A stretch of DNA of 64,000 nucleotides from Escherichia coli. GTDB lineage: Bacteria > Pseudomonadota > Gammaproteobacteria > Enterobacterales > Enterobacteriaceae. Shown piece by piece: positions 38,698 through 52,905 of the stretch. Made by a program: the position numbers and the translations under genes. The notes under the pieces were generated by a model. It worked only from the letters and a program-made list of their open reading frames with translations, did no database searches and was not told the DNA's origin. The stretch's first letter is position 1. Every line of letters begins with the position of its first letter. Location: assembly GCF_003334765.1 (NCBI RefSeq), contig NZ_QOWT01000013.1. One strand, 5' to 3'.

Positions 38698-41142
38698 TTA
38701 CACCTTTTCAACCTGAACAAGGTTTGTATGTGACGGATTCCCCTTAGCGAGAGGAGACGGACGTTGAGTGGTCAGTACGTTAATACAACCACCCTTATCG
38801 ACACGTTTTGCATCCGGGTCATACCAGGCACCTTCACCCAGTGCGACCACACCCGGCATCATTCGTGGCGTCACTTTCGCCTCAATATGAACCTCACCAC
38901 GATCGTTAAAGATCCTGACTTTATCGCCGTTGTGGATACCGCGTTTTTGGGCATCAAGCGGGTTGATCCACATTTCCTGACGGCAAGCCGCTTTCAGCAC
39001 ATCAACGTTGCCGTAAGTTGAGTGAACGCGAGATTTATAGTGGAAACCTGTAAGCTGCAGCGGATACTGTTTGTTCAGCGGATCCTGATAACTTTCAAAG
39101 CCCGGCGTGTAGATCGGCAGTGGATCGATCACATCGCCTTCAGGCAATTCCCAGGTAGCGGCAATGTCAGCCAGCGCCTGCGAATAAATCTCAATTTTGC
39201 CCGATGGCGTAGTCAGTGGGTTTGCCTGCGGATCTTCACGGAAGGCTTTATAAGCAACGTGATGCCCTTGTGGGTCGCGCTTTTTAAAGATCCCCTGCTT
39301 GCGGAACTCTTCAAACGTTGGCAGTTCAGGAATCGCTTCCCGCGACTGGGCATACAGATGCCGCATCCACTCTTCCTGGGTACGGCCTTCAGTAAACTGT
39401 TGCTCAACGCCAAGACGTTTTGCCAGTTCGCTGGTCATTTCATAGATGGTCTTACATTCAAAGCGCGGTTTAATCACCTGATCGTTGAAAATCACGTAAG
39501 ACATATTCCCGCAGGATGCATCCAGCGCAAAGTCCATCTGTTCGGAAGCGGTGCAGTCAGGCAGCAGGATGTCAGCATATTTCGCCGATGAGGTCATGTG
39601 GCAGTCGATAACCACAATCAGCTCGCACTTCTTATCATCCTGAAGGATTTCATGGGTACGGTTGATTTCAGAATGCTGGTTAATCAGGCAGTTACCGGCA
39701 TAGTTCCAGATCATTTTGATCGGCACATCCAGCTTATCTTTCCCGCGTACACCATCACGCAGCGCCGTCATTTCCGGGCCACGTTCAATGGCATCGGTCC
39801 ACATAAACATCGAAATGCTGGTCTGGATCGGGTTTTCCAAGGTCGGCATACGGACAAACGGTAAGCTGTATGAACCTTCACGCGCGCCGCTGTTGCCTCC
39901 GTTAATACCAACGTTACCGGTCAGAATCGCCAGCATCGAGATAGCACGGGTTGCGATTTCACCGTTAGCGTGACGCTGCGGGCCCCATCCCTGGCTGATA
40001 AACGCCGGTTTGGTACTACCGATTTCACGAGCCAATTTGATGATTTTGTCTGCCGGAACACCAGTGATTTGCGAGGCCCATTCCGGCGTTTTAGCCACGC
40101 CATCTGGCCCTTCACCCAGAATATAAGCTTTATAGTGGCCATTTTTCGGCGCACTGGCTGGCAGGGTTTTCTCATCGTAGCCAACGCAATATTTATCGAG
40201 GAATGCCTGATCCACCAGGTTTTCAGTGATCATGACGTACGCCAGACCGTTAACCAGTGCGGCATCTGTTCCCGGACGAATAGGGATCCACTCATCTTCG
40301 CGCCCGGCACCGGTGTCGGTATAGCGCGGATCGATGATGATCATGCGGGCATTAGATTTCTGGCGTGCCTGTTCAAGATAGTAAGTCACCCCACCGCCAC
40401 TCATTCGCGTTTCGCCAGGGTTATTACCAAACAGCACTACCAGCTTACTGTTTTCGATATCCGACGGGCTGTTGCCATCTGCCCAGCCGCCGTAGGTATA
40501 GTTCAAACCTTCCGCAATTTGCGCGGAGGAGTAGTCGCCGTAATGGTTCAGATAGCCGCCGCAGCAGTTCATCAGCCGCGCGACCAGGGTATTTCCCGGC
40601 GGCCAGGAGCGGGTCATGGTGCCGCCCAGCGTACCGGTGCCATAGTTCAGATAGATAGACTCGTTGCCGTACTCTTTGATCAGGCGCTGCATATTGGTCG
40701 CGATGATGTCGTAGGCTTCTTCCCAGCTAATGCGCTCGAATTTGCCTTCACCGCGCGCCCCGACTCGTTTCATCGGATATTTCAGGCGGTCCGGATTGTA
40801 GACACGGCGACGCATGGAACGCCCACGCAGGCAGGCGCGAACCTGGTGCAGGCCGTCGTAATTGTCATCGCCGGTATTGTCCGTTTCGACATATTTGATT
40901 TCACCGTCCACGACGTGCATACGTAGCGGGCAGCGACTACCACAGTTAACTGTACAGGCGCTCCAGATAACCTTTTCGTCTGATTTTGTTGGAATGGCGC
41001 TATCGACAGCGTGCGCAATCCGACTAAAAGGTAATGTTAATGCGCTGCTGGCCATTGCCAGGCCGCCGATCGCTGTCGTTTTTACCAAACCACGGCGACT
41101 CACCTCAGCAGCCAATACCGCATCAGGGATTTTCGTTTTCAT
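38698..41142 (-). CDS. dmsA: DMSO reductase catalytic subunit DmsA (molybdopterin, Tat signal)
   Basis: 814-aa ORF; twin-arginine signal (SRRGLVKTTAIGGLA) and N-terminal Cys cluster. Confidence 0.97.
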   Translation of the reverse strand: MKTKIPDAVLAAEVSRRGLVKTTAIGGLAMASSALTLPFSRIAHAVDSAIPTKSDEKVIWSACTVNCGSRCPLRMHVVDGEIKYVETDNTGDDNYDGLHQVRACLRGRSMRRRVYNPDRLKYPMKRVGARGEGKFERISWEEAYDIIATNMQRLIKEYGNESIYLNYGTGTLGGTMTRSWPPGNTLVARLMNCCGGYLNHYGDYSSAQIAEGLNYTYGGWADGNSPSDIENSKLVVLFGNNPGETRMSGGGVTYYLEQARQKSNARMIIIDPRYTDTGAGREDEWIPIRPGTDAALVNGLAYVMITENLVDQAFLDKYCVGYDEKTLPASAPKNGHYKAYILGEGPDGVAKTPEWASQITGVPADKIIKLAREIGSTKPAFISQGWGPQRHANGEIATRAISMLAILTGNVGINGGNSGAREGSYSLPFVRMPTLENPIQTSISMFMWTDAIERGPEMTALRDGVRGKDKLDVPIKMIWNYAGNCLINQHSEINRTHEILQDDKKCELIVVIDCHMTSSAKYADILLPDCTASEQMDFALDASCGNMSYVIFNDQVIKPRFECKTIYEMTSELAKRLGVEQQFTEGRTQEEWMRHLYAQSREAIPELPTFEEFRKQGIFKKRDPQGHHVAYKAFREDPQANPLTTPSGKIEIYSQALADIAATWELPEGDVIDPLPIYTPGFESYQDPLNKQYPLQLTGFHYKSRVHSTYGNVDVLKAACRQEMWINPLDAQKRGIHNGDKVRIFNDRGEVHIEAKVTPRMMPGVVALGEGAWYDPDAKRVDKGGCINVLTTQRPSPLAKGNPSHTNLVQVEKV

Positions 41143-41312
41143 AATGGCTCACTCAAGCTTGCTCACGATTGATTCCAGTAACAAACCGTATTGTGTAATT
41201 ATTTCTATAGCAGTTCGCTATATAGGCTTGTATACATCGAATAATTTGAAAATCAAAGAGATAGGTAGATTTTCACTCGAAAGTAGTATTACGTGTAAGT
41301 GAGGAGTAATTA

Positions 41313-41326
41313 TTGTTCGGTATCAA
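41313..41326 (-). promoter_or_regulatory. Candidate FNR site upstream of dmsA
   Basis: Minus-strand sequence TTGATACCGAACAA matches the TTGAT-N4-ATCAA class; about 170 bp upstream of the dmsA ORF start, so a long leader is implied. Confidence 0.5.
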
Positions 41327-41333
41327 AGGGAGA

Positions 41334-41360
41334 CAAAAAAAGCGCCCGCAGGCGCTTTTT
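41334..41360. terminator. Bidirectional intrinsic terminator downstream of serS
   Basis: A-run, then AGCGCC-CGCA-GGCGCT hairpin, then T5. Confidence 0.8.
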
Positions 41361-41380
41361 AGATTCAGAAAAATTGGGTA

Positions 41381-42694
<1,314 letters not shown>

Positions 42695-42763
42695 TTAAAT
42701 GGGAGATGTGGCCACAGCCTGCGACCACAGGGATACAGTAACAACATTACCGCAACGATAACA

Positions 42764-44107
42764 TTAACGGTAGCGTTTTATGGGGCTATTTTGATCCTGT
42801 TCAGCCAGCCAGGCGAGCTTTTCGCCAATCTTGCCTTCAAGGCCCCTGTTTGTCGGGAAATAATAGCGTGTTTGTGCTATTTCCGGCGGGAAGTAAACCT
42901 CACCGGCAGCATAAGCGTTTGCTTCATCATGAGCGTAACGATATTCCTGCCCGTAGCCCATTTCCTTCATTAATTTCGTCGGCGCATTACGCAAATGAAC
43001 CGGCACGTCATAATCCGGGCGTTCGCGAGCATCGGCCAGCGCGGCTTTAAACGCAGTGTAGACAGCGTTGCTTTTTGGCGCGCAGGCCAGGTAAACAATC
43101 GCCTGAGCAATGGCGCGTTCACCTTCCGCCGGGCCAACGCGAGTAAAGCAATCCCAGGCCGCAATTGCCACCTGCATCGCCCGTGGATCGGCATTACCGA
43201 CGTCTTCAGACGCAATCGCCAGACAGCGACGCGCGACATATAACGGATCGCCACCAGCGGTAATAATTCGCGCATACCAGTACAGCGCCGCATCGGGTGC
43301 GCTACCACGTACCGACTTATGCAGTGCGGAAATCAGATCGTAAAAGCGATCGCCTTTGTTATCAAAGCGGGCGCTACGTTCACCGGCGATTTCGGTCAGT
43401 AATTCAGGCTTCAGGACCCGCTTACCGCTATCATCGACTTCGGCCATATCCGCCATCATTTCCAGCGTATTTAACGCCCGGCGCGCGTCGCCATTCACCA
43501 GTTCAGCAATGGCGCGTCGTGTTTCATCTGGCAGAACAATATCCTGACCACCATAGCCACGGGTTTTGTCTTCCATCGCCTGAGTTAGTACTTGCTCAAT
43601 ATCCTCTGTACTCAGGGATTTCAACAGATAGACACGGGCACGGGAAAGCAGTGCCGAATTAAGCTCAAACGACGGGTTTTCAGTGGTTGCGCCAATAAAA
43701 GTGATGGTGCCGTCTTCAATATGTGGCAGAAATGCATCCTGCTGGCTTTTGTTGAAACGGTGAACTTCGTCAACAAAAAGAATAGTGCGGCGACCTGCAT
43801 TGCGGTTTTGCCGGGCGCGCTCGATCGCCTCGCGAATCTCTTTCATGCCAGAGGTGACGGCAGAAATACGTTCCACATCAGCGTTCGCATAGCGGGCAAT
43901 CACTTCAGCGAGAGTTGTTTTGCCGGTACCCGGCGGCCCCCAGAGGATCATAGAATGTAAATGCCCGGCTTCGATAGCGCGCGGCAACGGCTTCCCCGCA
44001 GCCAGCAAATGTTGCTGGCCGATATACTGTGCTAAATTTTCTGGCCGCATACGCGCGGCCAGAGGTTGAAAAGTATTATCCGAAAAATCGAGCGACAGAT
44101 TGCTCAC
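42764..44107 (-). CDS. rarA: Replication-associated recombination protein RarA (MgsA/YcaJ), AAA+ ATPase
   Basis: 447-aa ORF with Walker [12 protein letters not shown] and Walker [10 protein letters not shown]. Confidence 0.96.
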   Translation of the reverse strand: MSNLSLDFSDNTFQPLAARMRPENLAQYIGQQHLLAAGKPLPRAIEAGHLHSMILWGPPGTGKTTLAEVIARYANADVERISAVTSGMKEIREAIERARQNRNAGRRTILFVDEVHRFNKSQQDAFLPHIEDGTITFIGATTENPSFELNSALLSRARVYLLKSLSTEDIEQVLTQAMEDKTRGYGGQDIVLPDETRRAIAELVNGDARRALNTLEMMADMAEVDDSGKRVLKPELLTEIAGERSARFDNKGDRFYDLISALHKSVRGSAPDAALYWYARIITAGGDPLYVARRCLAIASEDVGNADPRAMQVAIAAWDCFTRVGPAEGERAIAQAIVYLACAPKSNAVYTAFKAALADARERPDYDVPVHLRNAPTKLMKEMGYGQEYRYAHDEANAYAAGEVYFPPEIAQTRYYFPTNRGLEGKIGEKLAWLAEQDQNSPIKRYR

Positions 44108-44117
44108 TCAGGTGCCT

Positions 44118-44729
44118 CTACTTACGTTGATCATCTACCGTGACGCCTTGCGGCGGGGTGAAGGTAAATTTCGCTGCATCCACAGCCCCATTTTGCTGGG
44201 ATTTCAGTTGATAACTGCTGCGCTGATCGTCCTGCTCCACCGCGCTAAACTGATGGATTGTGCCATCACGTCCCACGTTAATGGTGAACTGCTTCAGATT
44301 GCCATTGCTGGCTTTCGGCGTCAGGACAAAGTCATCGCCATTCTGTTTGATATTGTACTGCTGCCAGTCGCTGGACTGGTTGCGGGCAATCAGCATAAAC
44401 GGCGTATTACCGGTGGCATCTTTCAGCCAGGTTGCCGTAGCTTGCTCAACGAACGGGTTATAGAACCACAGTGTTTTACCGTCAGAAACCAGAATGCTTT
44501 CATCAGGTTGTGTCATATGCCAGTTGAATAAGTTTGGACGTTTCACCCACAGATCGCCCTGACCTTCCTGCACCGCCGCGCCGCTACCGTCAGTCACTTT
44601 TTGTGTGAAGCTGGCGTGGAAGCTGCTGACTTTATCCAGGCGGCTTTTCAGATCGCTTGCGGCATCAGCCCAAACGCTGCTTGCTACTAAGCTTGAGAGT
44701 AATGCACAGGTGATGGCAATTTTTTTCAT
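44118..44729 (-). CDS. lolA: Outer-membrane lipoprotein carrier protein LolA
   Basis: ORF 44118..44732; start at [21 protein letters not shown] (signal peptide), 203 aa. Confidence 0.95.
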
Positions 44730-44839
44730 CATTATTCCTCAAATTACGTCACTCCCGATCGGGAGTTCCCTCTACTCTCTATTCCAGGCTAATAATCAGC
44801 TTGAGGAAAGAAGAAAATACTGAATTTTCAGTTGATAGA

Positions 44840-44878
44840 GTGCCGGATGCGACGCTACCGCGCCTTATCCGGCATACG
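44840..44878. repeat. REP (repetitive extragenic palindromic) element
   Basis: GTGCCGGATGCGACGCTACCGCGCCTTATCCGGCATACG: imperfect palindrome of the E. coli REP class, between ftsK and lolA. Confidence 0.75.
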
Positions 44879-44887
44879 ATGCATTAG

Positions 44888-47800
44888 TTAGTCAAACGGC
44901 GGTGGGGCCAGCACTTCACGATTACCGTTGTGCCCCTGTTCGCTGACAATCCCCTGCGCTTCCATCTGTTCGATAATACGCGCTGCACGGTTATAACCAA
45001 TGCGGAACTGACGCTGTACGCCAGAAATTGACGCTTTGCGTTTTTCAGTGACAAACTGCACCGCCTGATCGAACAACGGATCCAGTTCTTCAGCGCCATC
45101 GAAACCACCCGCACCACCTTCGCTTTCGCTGTCGGAGGTGATGCCATCAACATACTGTGGGCGACCACGCGCTTTCCAGTCCTGCACCACGGCATGAACT
45201 TCCTGATCGCGAACAAAAGCACCATGGACACGTACCGGCAACGTGGAGTTCGGCCCAGAGTAGAGCATATCCCCCATACCCAGCAGTGATTCCGCGCCAG
45301 CCTGATCAAGAATGGTACGTGAGTCAATCTTACTGGATACGGTAAAGGCGATACGGGTCGGAATATTCGCTTTAATCAGACCAGTAATAACATCAACCGA
45401 TGGACGCTGAGTTGCCAGTACGAGGTGGATACCCGCGGCACGGGCTTTTTGCGCCAGACGTGCTATCAGCTCTTCCACTTTTTTACCTACCGTCATCATC
45501 AGGTCGGCAAATTCGTCAACCAACACCACAATGTATGGTTCTTTTTTCAGCACCGGATGCTGGGCATCCATACTGTCACCCGGCTTCCAGTACGGGTCTG
45601 GAATCGGACGCATCATGCGATCGGCTTCAGCAATTTTTTCGTTATAACCCGCCAGATTACGCACACCCAGCGCAGACATCAGTTTATACCGACGCTCCAT
45701 CTCGTTAACACACCAGCGCAGCGCGTTGGCGGCATCTTTCATATCAGTAACGACTTCCGTTAACAGATGCGGAATGCCTTCATAAACCGAAAGCTCCAGC
45801 ATTTTCGGGTCGATCATGATGAAACGCACATCTTCTGGCTGTGCTTTATAAAGCATGCTCAGGATCATCGCGTTCACACCGACAGATTTACCGGAACCGG
45901 TAGTCCCCGCAACCAACAAGTGCGGCATTTTCGCCAGATCGGCAACCACCGGCTCACCGGCGATATCTTTACCCAGCACCACGGTTAATGGCGACGGATT
46001 ATCGCGGAATTTGGCGTTATCCAAAACTTCGCGCAGATAAACGGTTTGTCGTTTTTTATTCGGTAACTCCAGACCTACATAGGGTTTGCCAGGAATAACT
46101 TCAACGACACGCACCGCCACCGTCGAAAGTGAACGGGCAAGGTCCCGTGACAAGTTAGAAATGCGCGCCGCTTTTACGCCCGGTGCCAGGTTCAATTCAA
46201 AGCGAGTGATAACCGGCCCCGGAGAGTAATTGACGACATCGGCTTTAATACGGAAATCAGCCAGACGCGCTTCCACCAGGCGAGCCATTTGTTCAAGCGC
46301 AAAGGTATCTACCGGCTCCACTTCGCTCGGCGGCGGTGTCAGCAAATCCAGAGAAGGCAGCGGCGTCGTCGGTTTATGCAACGGACGGCTGTCGCCATTA
46401 CGCATCAACAGCGGATGAAGCAGGGTATCCTGCGGTTGTGGCGCAACTGGCTGTTGTGGCTGCTGATACTGCTGCTGCGGCGCAACCGGTTGTTGCGGCT
46501 GCTGATATTGCTGCTGTGGCGCAACCGGTTGTTGCGGCTGCTGATATTGTGGCTGCGGCGCAACCGGCTGTTGTGGCTGCTGATACTGCGGCTGCGGCGG
46601 AACTGGTTGTTGCGGCTGCTGATATTGCTGCTGCGGTGCAACCGGTTGTTGCGGCTGCTGTACAGGTTCAACAATTGGCGTAAACAACGGTTCGTGTGGA
46701 CCATCATCCAGCAACGCTTTCATTGGCGAAAATTCAAAATCATCCAGCGAGAACGGATTCGCCCCAGCCGGTTGTTCGCCGGAATAACGTTGTTGTTGAG
46801 TTTGCGCAAACTGACGAGCCAGTTCAGCCTCTGCCGCAGCATCTGCATCTTCTGCGTTTACGGGCACATCATGTTGATACTGTTCGCCATAGCGTTGCTG
46901 CTGTGTCTGGGCGAACTGACGTGCCAGTTCATCCTGCTGCATCGCATCGATTTCATCATCGTTGTACTGATCGCCAGAATCGTACTGATTGCGCTGGGCT
47001 TCACGGGCTTTTTCTTCCGCCGCACGCTGTGAGGGCAGCTTAATACCGTAAGACGCCAGTTCACGACGAGTTGGCACGCGGATACGTTTCGGTCGTGGCA
47101 ACTGCGGACCAATCCCCTCTTTGACCTGAGGACGCGGTCCACCGCTATTTGCCAGACTGAAGACTGGCGCGGCAACGGTTGCGGCAGCCCCCGTCGCCAG
47201 TGTCGCTTTTTTCACGCCAGATGCCAGCGGGGAAACAGCGGCAGCGGCTTCTACTGGAGGTACTGCTGCAACAGAAGGTGCTTTCAGCGAAGATTTGATC
47301 GGTTCTGGTTCTTTAACCGGTTCTGGAATCGGTTGATACCAGGCCGCAAGTTGTTCACGTTCACGGGCTCGCTTCTCTTCAACTTCTTCAAAGTAGTAAA
47401 GCGGCGGACGCGCGGGTTTTGTCTCTTCTACAACGGGTTCAGGCTCCACAACAGGCTGCTGTTCAACGGGTTGCGGCTGTTGGTACAACGGCTCCTGAGC
47501 GGCTGGCTGCTGATAAGTTTGCTCAGTCTGGTATGTAGACTGTGGAGCAAAAGTGGATTGCTGCTCTTCGGCTTGCCAGGCGTTACCTGCCACCGGTTGT
47601 TCTGGCGCAGGGGCATAATACGGCTGTTGCGCAGGTTGTTCAGCTGCAGGTGCATAATACGGCTGCTGCGGCTGTACTGGTTGTTGCAGCGGCTCATTAT
47701 ATTGCACTGCAGGCTGCGCATATTGTGACTGCTGTGGGTAACCTTCCGGTGCAGGAGCAATAACCGGCTCTCCCGTTTGTGGACCCGGTACAGGCTGCCA

Positions 47801-48877
47801 GGCTACTGTAGGTTGCGCAGGTGGAACATCAACAGAGGCAACAGGCGGCGTCTGAGTCACAGGTTCAACCGGCGCAGCCCAGCTTTGTGTCGCCGTGGTA
47901 GCAGCAGCTGCTACAGCGACAGGTTCGGTAATTGGCGCACCGTTTAATAATGGATCGTATTCGTCATATTCTGGCTGCGTTGCACGATTGCCCGAAAATA
48001 GGACGTCGTCCGGGTCGGCAGCCACACCGCGTGCAGTGTAGGTAATCTCTTCGTCATCATCCATCCGCTTACCGGAGAACAACGCAGCGTCTGTTTGCCG
48101 CCCCATCGGATTAATGAATTTTTCCGCCAACCGTTTACGACGCGCTAGCGCGCCGCGAAGAATACGGGCACGGCGTGATTCATGCTGTTTGCCGTGATTT
48201 TCATCTTCATACTCTTCGTCGTCTTCATACTCATCTTCATCGACCCAGGTATCATCGCGACGGGTACGATTACTGGCGAAGGTGAGAATGTTTAAAATCC
48301 AGCCGCCGAGTTTTTCAGCAATGGTCACCCATGACCAACCGGTGAACAACGTCAGGCCCGCTGCCCAAACGCAGAGCAGCGCAATAGTTCCCCCGCTACT
48401 GTGTAGCAGTGGTTGTAGCGTAGTGCTTAGTAAGCTGCCAATGACGCCACCGGAGGCAAAATACCAGATATCGTCAGCGTTGATTGCCGCCAGACCACAG
48501 GAGGTAAGGATGAGCGCCAAAACGCCAATGATGCGTAGCGAAACGGCAAAATAATCAATGTATTCGTCGCTGGACTGATGACGCCAGGCAAACCAACAAC
48601 CGCCGACAATAATGACGGGAATGGTGTAAGCCATCACGCCAAAAATAAAGAACAGCGTATCTGCCAACCACGCACCGGGCATCCCACCTAAATTATGGAT
48701 AGGTTCATGCCAGGCCGTTTGCGACCAGCTGGGGTCCGAAGGGTTAAAGCTTAGTAAGGCAGCCATCAACCAGACGGCAAACAGGACAATAAGGATCAGC
48801 AACGCCTCCAGAAGGCGGCGGCCGCTACTTAACTTTGTCAATGTGACTTCTTTGTCTTCAGTGTATTCCTGGCTCAA
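44888..48877 (-). CDS. ftsK: DNA translocase FtsK
   Basis: 1329-aa ORF; N-terminal membrane domain, long Pro/Gln-rich linker, C-terminal motor with Walker A GTTGSGKS. Confidence 0.97.
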   Translation of the reverse strand: MSQEYTEDKEVTLTKLSSGRRLLEALLILIVLFAVWLMAALLSFNPSDPSWSQTAWHEPIHNLGGMPGAWLADTLFFIFGVMAYTIPVIIVGGCWFAWRHQSSDEYIDYFAVSLRIIGVLALILTSCGLAAINADDIWYFASGGVIGSLLSTTLQPLLHSSGGTIALLCVWAAGLTLFTGWSWVTIAEKLGGWILNILTFASNRTRRDDTWVDEDEYEDDEEYEDENHGKQHESRRARILRGALARRKRLAEKFINPMGRQTDAALFSGKRMDDDEEITYTARGVAADPDDVLFSGNRATQPEYDEYDPLLNGAPITEPVAVAAAATTATQSWAAPVEPVTQTPPVASVDVPPAQPTVAWQPVPGPQTGEPVIAPAPEGYPQQSQYAQPAVQYNEPLQQPVQPQQPYYAPAAEQPAQQPYYAPAPEQPVAGNAWQAEEQQSTFAPQSTYQTEQTYQQPAAQEPLYQQPQPVEQQPVVEPEPVVEETKPARPPLYYFEEVEEKRAREREQLAAWYQPIPEPVKEPEPIKSSLKAPSVAAVPPVEAAAAVSPLASGVKKATLATGAAATVAAPVFSLANSGGPRPQVKEGIGPQLPRPKRIRVPTRRELASYGIKLPSQRAAEEKAREAQRNQYDSGDQYNDDEIDAMQQDELARQFAQTQQQRYGEQYQHDVPVNAEDADAAAEAELARQFAQTQQQRYSGEQPAGANPFSLDDFEFSPMKALLDDGPHEPLFTPIVEPVQQPQQPVAPQQQYQQPQQPVPPQPQYQQPQQPVAPQPQYQQPQQPVAPQQQYQQPQQPVAPQQQYQQPQQPVAPQPQDTLLHPLLMRNGDSRPLHKPTTPLPSLDLLTPPPSEVEPVDTFALEQMARLVEARLADFRIKADVVNYSPGPVITRFELNLAPGVKAARISNLSRDLARSLSTVAVRVVEVIPGKPYVGLELPNKKRQTVYLREVLDNAKFRDNPSPLTVVLGKDIAGEPVVADLAKMPHLLVAGTTGSGKSVGVNAMILSMLYKAQPEDVRFIMIDPKMLELSVYEGIPHLLTEVVTDMKDAANALRWCVNEMERRYKLMSALGVRNLAGYNEKIAEADRMMRPIPDPYWKPGDSMDAQHPVLKKEPYIVVLVDEFADLMMTVGKKVEELIARLAQKARAAGIHLVLATQRPSVDVITGLIKANIPTRIAFTVSSKIDSRTILDQAGAESLLGMGDMLYSGPNSTLPVRVHGAFVRDQEVHAVVQDWKARGRPQYVDGITSDSESEGGAGGFDGAEELDPLFDQAVQFVTEKRKASISGVQRQFRIGYNRAARIIEQMEAQGIVSEQGHNGNREVLAPPPFD
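46432..46668. repeat. Tandem ~39-bp direct repeats inside ftsK (encode the PQ-rich linker)
   Basis: About six tandem copies of GGCTGCTGATATTGCTGCTGYGGCGCAACCGGTTGTTGC with minor variation, encoding ([13 protein letters not shown])n. Confidence 0.85.
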
Positions 48878-49011
48878 GAAAGGCTCTCCAGGTTACAGGC
48901 TTTTCCTGCCCGATGCTAAAACGGACAACAGTACCAGGTTACCCCAGTACTGTTGCTGTATGGATTAACAGGAGTGTAATCAAAATACGCCGATTTTGCA
49001 CCTGTTCCGTG

Positions 49012-49506
49012 TTAGCGCGTCTTAATAACCAGACGATTACTCTGCTTGACTTCTTCCATAACAACGTATGTCCGTGTGTCATTGACGCCAGGCAGACGCA
49101 GCAGGGTTTCCCCCAGCAACTTACGGTAGGCTGACATATCCGGCACGCGTGTTTTCAACAGGTAGTCGAAATCACCGGATACTAAATGACACTCCTGAAT
49201 TTCTTCAAGTTTTTGTACAGCGGTATTGAATTGTTCAAACACATCCGGTGCGCCACGATTCAGAGTAATCTCAACGAATACCAGAAGTGATGCATCCAGA
49301 TAATGGGGGTTAAGCAGCGCCGTATAGCCCTGAATAAACCCTTGTCTTTCCAGCCGACGCACACGCTCAAGGCACGGCGTTGGGGAAAGTCCCACACGTT
49401 TAGAAAGCTCGACGTTAGAAATACGCCCATCCTTTTGCAACTCATTAAGAATGTTACGATCGATACGGTCGAGATCTTTGCCAGGGCGCTTCTTGCTATC
49501 TACCAT
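49012..49506 (-). CDS. lrp: Leucine-responsive regulatory protein Lrp
   Basis: ORF 49012..49560; start at MVDSKKRPGKDLDRIDRNILNELQKDGRISNVELSKRVGLSPTPCLERVRRLERQG... (164 aa). Confidence 0.97.
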   Translation of the reverse strand: MVDSKKRPGKDLDRIDRNILNELQKDGRISNVELSKRVGLSPTPCLERVRRLERQGFIQGYTALLNPHYLDASLLVFVEITLNRGAPDVFEQFNTAVQKLEEIQECHLVSGDFDYLLKTRVPDMSAYRKLLGETLLRLPGVNDTRTYVVMEEVKQSNRLVIKTR

Positions 49507-49933
49507 TATTATTGTCTCTCTGTATTCCTTCCCTACTCCTGTCTGACCCTGAAACATCACTGTTCAGAGTCGCTACCCGTCACGATAGACCGAAATCATG
49601 AAGATTCACGGCGCGCAATGCCTGGGTCTACGGTGAGAAGACCGTTGCCTTGTGGCAGCTATCGACATCACGAATGGCGTCTGTCCACGCCATACGTAGA
49701 TTTCACTAGCACGGTAAACATGGTATTTACATGCATGGTTATGCGCATATAAGAATACTGTTTTTTTTCTTCCTCGAATGTTTTCGCAAAACACCAGGGG
49801 ATTGTCAAAGCAAAACATCGATTTTTAGTACAACATGCCAGATATTCATTAACAGGGGCGTTTATTCATCATTTAATCGGCTTATAAAGCGGGAAATTTA
49901 AGTAGCAGAGGTGATAATGACGGGAGAATTTGA

Positions 49934-51016
<1,083 letters not shown>

Positions 51017-51043
51017 TTTTACAAATCAGTAACAAAAGTAAAG

Positions 51044-51082
51044 AAGGCGACACCATGCGACTATGGGTCGCCTTTATTTTTT
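51044..51082 (+). terminator. Intrinsic terminator of trxB
   Basis: Hairpin GGCGACACCAT-loop-ATGGGTCGCC followed by TTTATTTTTT. Confidence 0.8.
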
Positions 51083-51138
51083 CCCCGTTGTAACATTGCT
51101 CTGCAAATAATTCTGATAACTCACCTGCTAAGCGTGCA

Positions 51139-52905
51139 ATGAATAAATCTCGTCAAAAAGAGTTAACCCGCTGGTTAAAACAGCAAAGCGTCATCTCCCA
51201 ACGTTGGCTGAATATTTCTCGTCTGCTGGGCTTTGTGAGCGGCATATTGATCATTGCCCAGGCCTGGTTCATGGCGCGAATTCTGCAACATATGATTATG
51301 GAGAATATTCCCCGTGAAGCCCTGCTGCTTCCCTTTACGTTACTGGTTCTGACCTTTGTACTGCGCGCATGGGTGGTCTGGTTACGCGAACGGGTGGGTT
51401 ATCACGCCGGGCAGCATATCCGCTTTGCCATCCGCCGTCAGGTTCTCGACCGTCTGCAACAAGCAGGGCCAGCGTGGATTCAGGGTAAACCTGCGGGGAG
51501 CTGGGCGACGCTGGTACTCGAGCAAATTGACGATATGCATGATTACTATGCACGCTATCTGCCGCAAATGGCGCTGGCAGTGTCGGTGCCGTTGCTGATT
51601 GTGGTGGCAATCTTCCCCTCTAACTGGGCTGCGGCGCTCATTCTGCTGGGCACTGCACCGTTAATTCCGTTGTTTATGGCGCTGGTTGGAATGGGGGCTG
51701 CCGATGCTAACCGACGTAACTTTCTCGCTCTTGCTCGCTTAAGTGGGCATTTCCTCGATCGCCTGCGCGGCATGGAAACATTGCGTATTTTTGGTCGTGG
51801 TGAAGCTGAAATTGAAAGTATTCGTTCTGCTTCGGAAGATTTCCGCCAACGGACAATGGAAGTGCTACGGCTGGCGTTTTTATCCTCCGGCATTCTCGAA
51901 TTTTTTACCTCGCTGTCAATTGCTCTGGTGGCGGTCTACTTTGGTTTTTCCTATCTCGGCGAGCTGGATTTTGGTCACTACGATACCGGTGTGACGCTGG
52001 CTGCGGGTTTTCTGGCCCTGATCCTTGCGCCAGAGTTTTTCCAGCCATTACGCGATCTCGGTACGTTTTATCATGCTAAAGCCCAGGCTGTTGGCGCAGC
52101 TGACAGTCTGAAAACGTTTATGGAAACCCCGCTCGCCCATCCGCAACGTGGTGAGGCGGAATTAGCATCGACCGATCCGGTGACCATTGAGGCCGAGGAG
52201 CTGTTTATCACGTCGCCGGAAGGTAAAACGCTGGCCGGACCGCTGAACTTTACTTTGCCAGCAGGCCAACGTGCGGTGTTGGTTGGTCGCAGCGGTTCAG
52301 GTAAAAGCTCACTGCTGAACGCGCTTTCTGGTTTTCTCTCATATCAGGGATCGCTACGAATCAACGGGATAGAATTACGCGATTTATCACCAGAATCATG
52401 GCGTAAACATCTCTCCTGGGTTGGGCAAAACCCACAATTACCGGCAGCAACATTGCGGGATAACGTACTACTGGCGCGACCTGATGCCAGCGAACAAGAA
52501 TTACAAGCAGCGCTGGATAACGCCTGGGTCAGCGAGTTTCTACCGCTCCTCCCACAAGGCGTTGATACGCCTGTTGGCGACCAGGCTGCCCGCCTTTCCG
52601 TGGGGCAGGCGCAGCGCGTGGCGGTGGCCCGTGCGTTACTAAATCCCTGTTCGCTATTACTGTTGGATGAACCCGCTGCCAGCCTTGATGCTCACAGTGA
52701 ACAGCGCGTAATGGAGGCGCTGAATGCCGCCTCTCTGCGCCAGACAACGTTAATGGTCACCCACCAGTTAGAAGATCTTGCTGACTGGGATGTCATTTGG
52801 GTTATGCAGGATGGCCGGATTATTGAGCAAGGACGTTACGCGGAATTAAGTGTGGCTGGTGGCCCATTCGCCACATTACTGGCCCATCGTCAGGAGGAGA
52901 TTTAA
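51139..52905 (+). CDS. cydD: Cysteine/glutathione ABC exporter CydD (required for cytochrome bd assembly)
   Basis: 588-aa fused TMD-NBD ABC protein with Walker [10 protein letters not shown]. Confidence 0.96.
   Translation: MNKSRQKELTRWLKQQSVISQRWLNISRLLGFVSGILIIAQAWFMARILQHMIMENIPREALLLPFTLLVLTFVLRAWVVWLRERVGYHAGQHIRFAIRRQVLDRLQQAGPAWIQGKPAGSWATLVLEQIDDMHDYYARYLPQMALAVSVPLLIVVAIFPSNWAAALILLGTAPLIPLFMALVGMGAADANRRNFLALARLSGHFLDRLRGMETLRIFGRGEAEIESIRSASEDFRQRTMEVLRLAFLSSGILEFFTSLSIALVAVYFGFSYLGELDFGHYDTGVTLAAGFLALILAPEFFQPLRDLGTFYHAKAQAVGAADSLKTFMETPLAHPQRGEAELASTDPVTIEAEELFITSPEGKTLAGPLNFTLPAGQRAVLVGRSGSGKSSLLNALSGFLSYQGSLRINGIELRDLSPESWRKHLSWVGQNPQLPAATLRDNVLLARPDASEQELQAALDNAWVSEFLPLLPQGVDTPVGDQAARLSVGQAQRVAVARALLNPCSLLLLDEPAASLDAHSEQRVMEALNAASLRQTTLMVTHQLEDLADWDVIWVMQDGRIIEQGRYAELSVAGGPFATLLAHRQEEI

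Noticed and set aside
41256-41267. Palindrome TTGAAAATCAA upstream of dmsA as an FNR site
   Set aside because: Half-site spacing is one to two bases too short for the TTGAT-N4-ATCAA consensus; the site at 41313-41326 fits better.
46289-47032. Leu/Arg-rich ORFs (247 aa and others) overlapping the ftsK repeat region on both strands
   Set aside because: Artefacts of the tandem CAG/CTG-rich repeat, which is open in several frames; the ftsK frame is the real one.
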